A stretch of 64,000 nt of DNA. Source: Hemiscyllium ocellatum. Lineage: Eukaryota. The notes below the pieces were generated by a model that had not been told where the DNA came from, made no database searches, and was given only the letters and a program-made list of their open reading frames with translations. Every line of letters begins with the position of its first letter. Position 1 is the first letter of the stretch. Below, in pieces: positions 63,978-64,000 of this stretch. A program made the position numbers and the translations under genes. The stretch is taken from the NCBI RefSeq assembly GCF_020745735.1, contig NC_083407.1:111292748-111356747 (forward strand). Reading direction: 5' to 3'.

Positions 63978-64000
63978 AAATGGTTCTGCAATTTTCTTAT

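Overview
Repeat-rich eukaryotic DNA from a shark or ray. The evidence is HE1 SINEs, Deu-domain SINEs, CR1 LINEs, Penelope-like elements and Harbinger relics. The only host-gene sequence I can recognise is one 48-nt exon at 35568-35615 (+), encoding SQTGHSPPPAYTPMSG. This matches the alternatively spliced ERBB4 CYT-1 exon, so the rest of the window is probably the two flanking ERBB4 introns. A dense YCAY/TGCATG splicing-motif cluster sits just upstream of the exon. The first 11.4 kb is a 43-bp satellite array with an internal inversion, a 1538-bp-offset duplication and four Penelope-like (GIY-YIG) insertions carrying minimal hammerhead ribozymes. Hammerhead motifs of three sequence families occur across the window, including two tiny TSD-flanked units (~90 bp and ~208 bp). 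Other contents: a U6-like sequence next to a tRNA-like SINE head; a Tx1 LINE; a decayed Harbinger transposon; Gypsy-type remnants; two long palindromes; and a very decayed retrovirus-like relic (RNase H, integrase, PPT, LTR) split by nested insertions. All TE boundaries were read by eye and are approximate. No database search was run.
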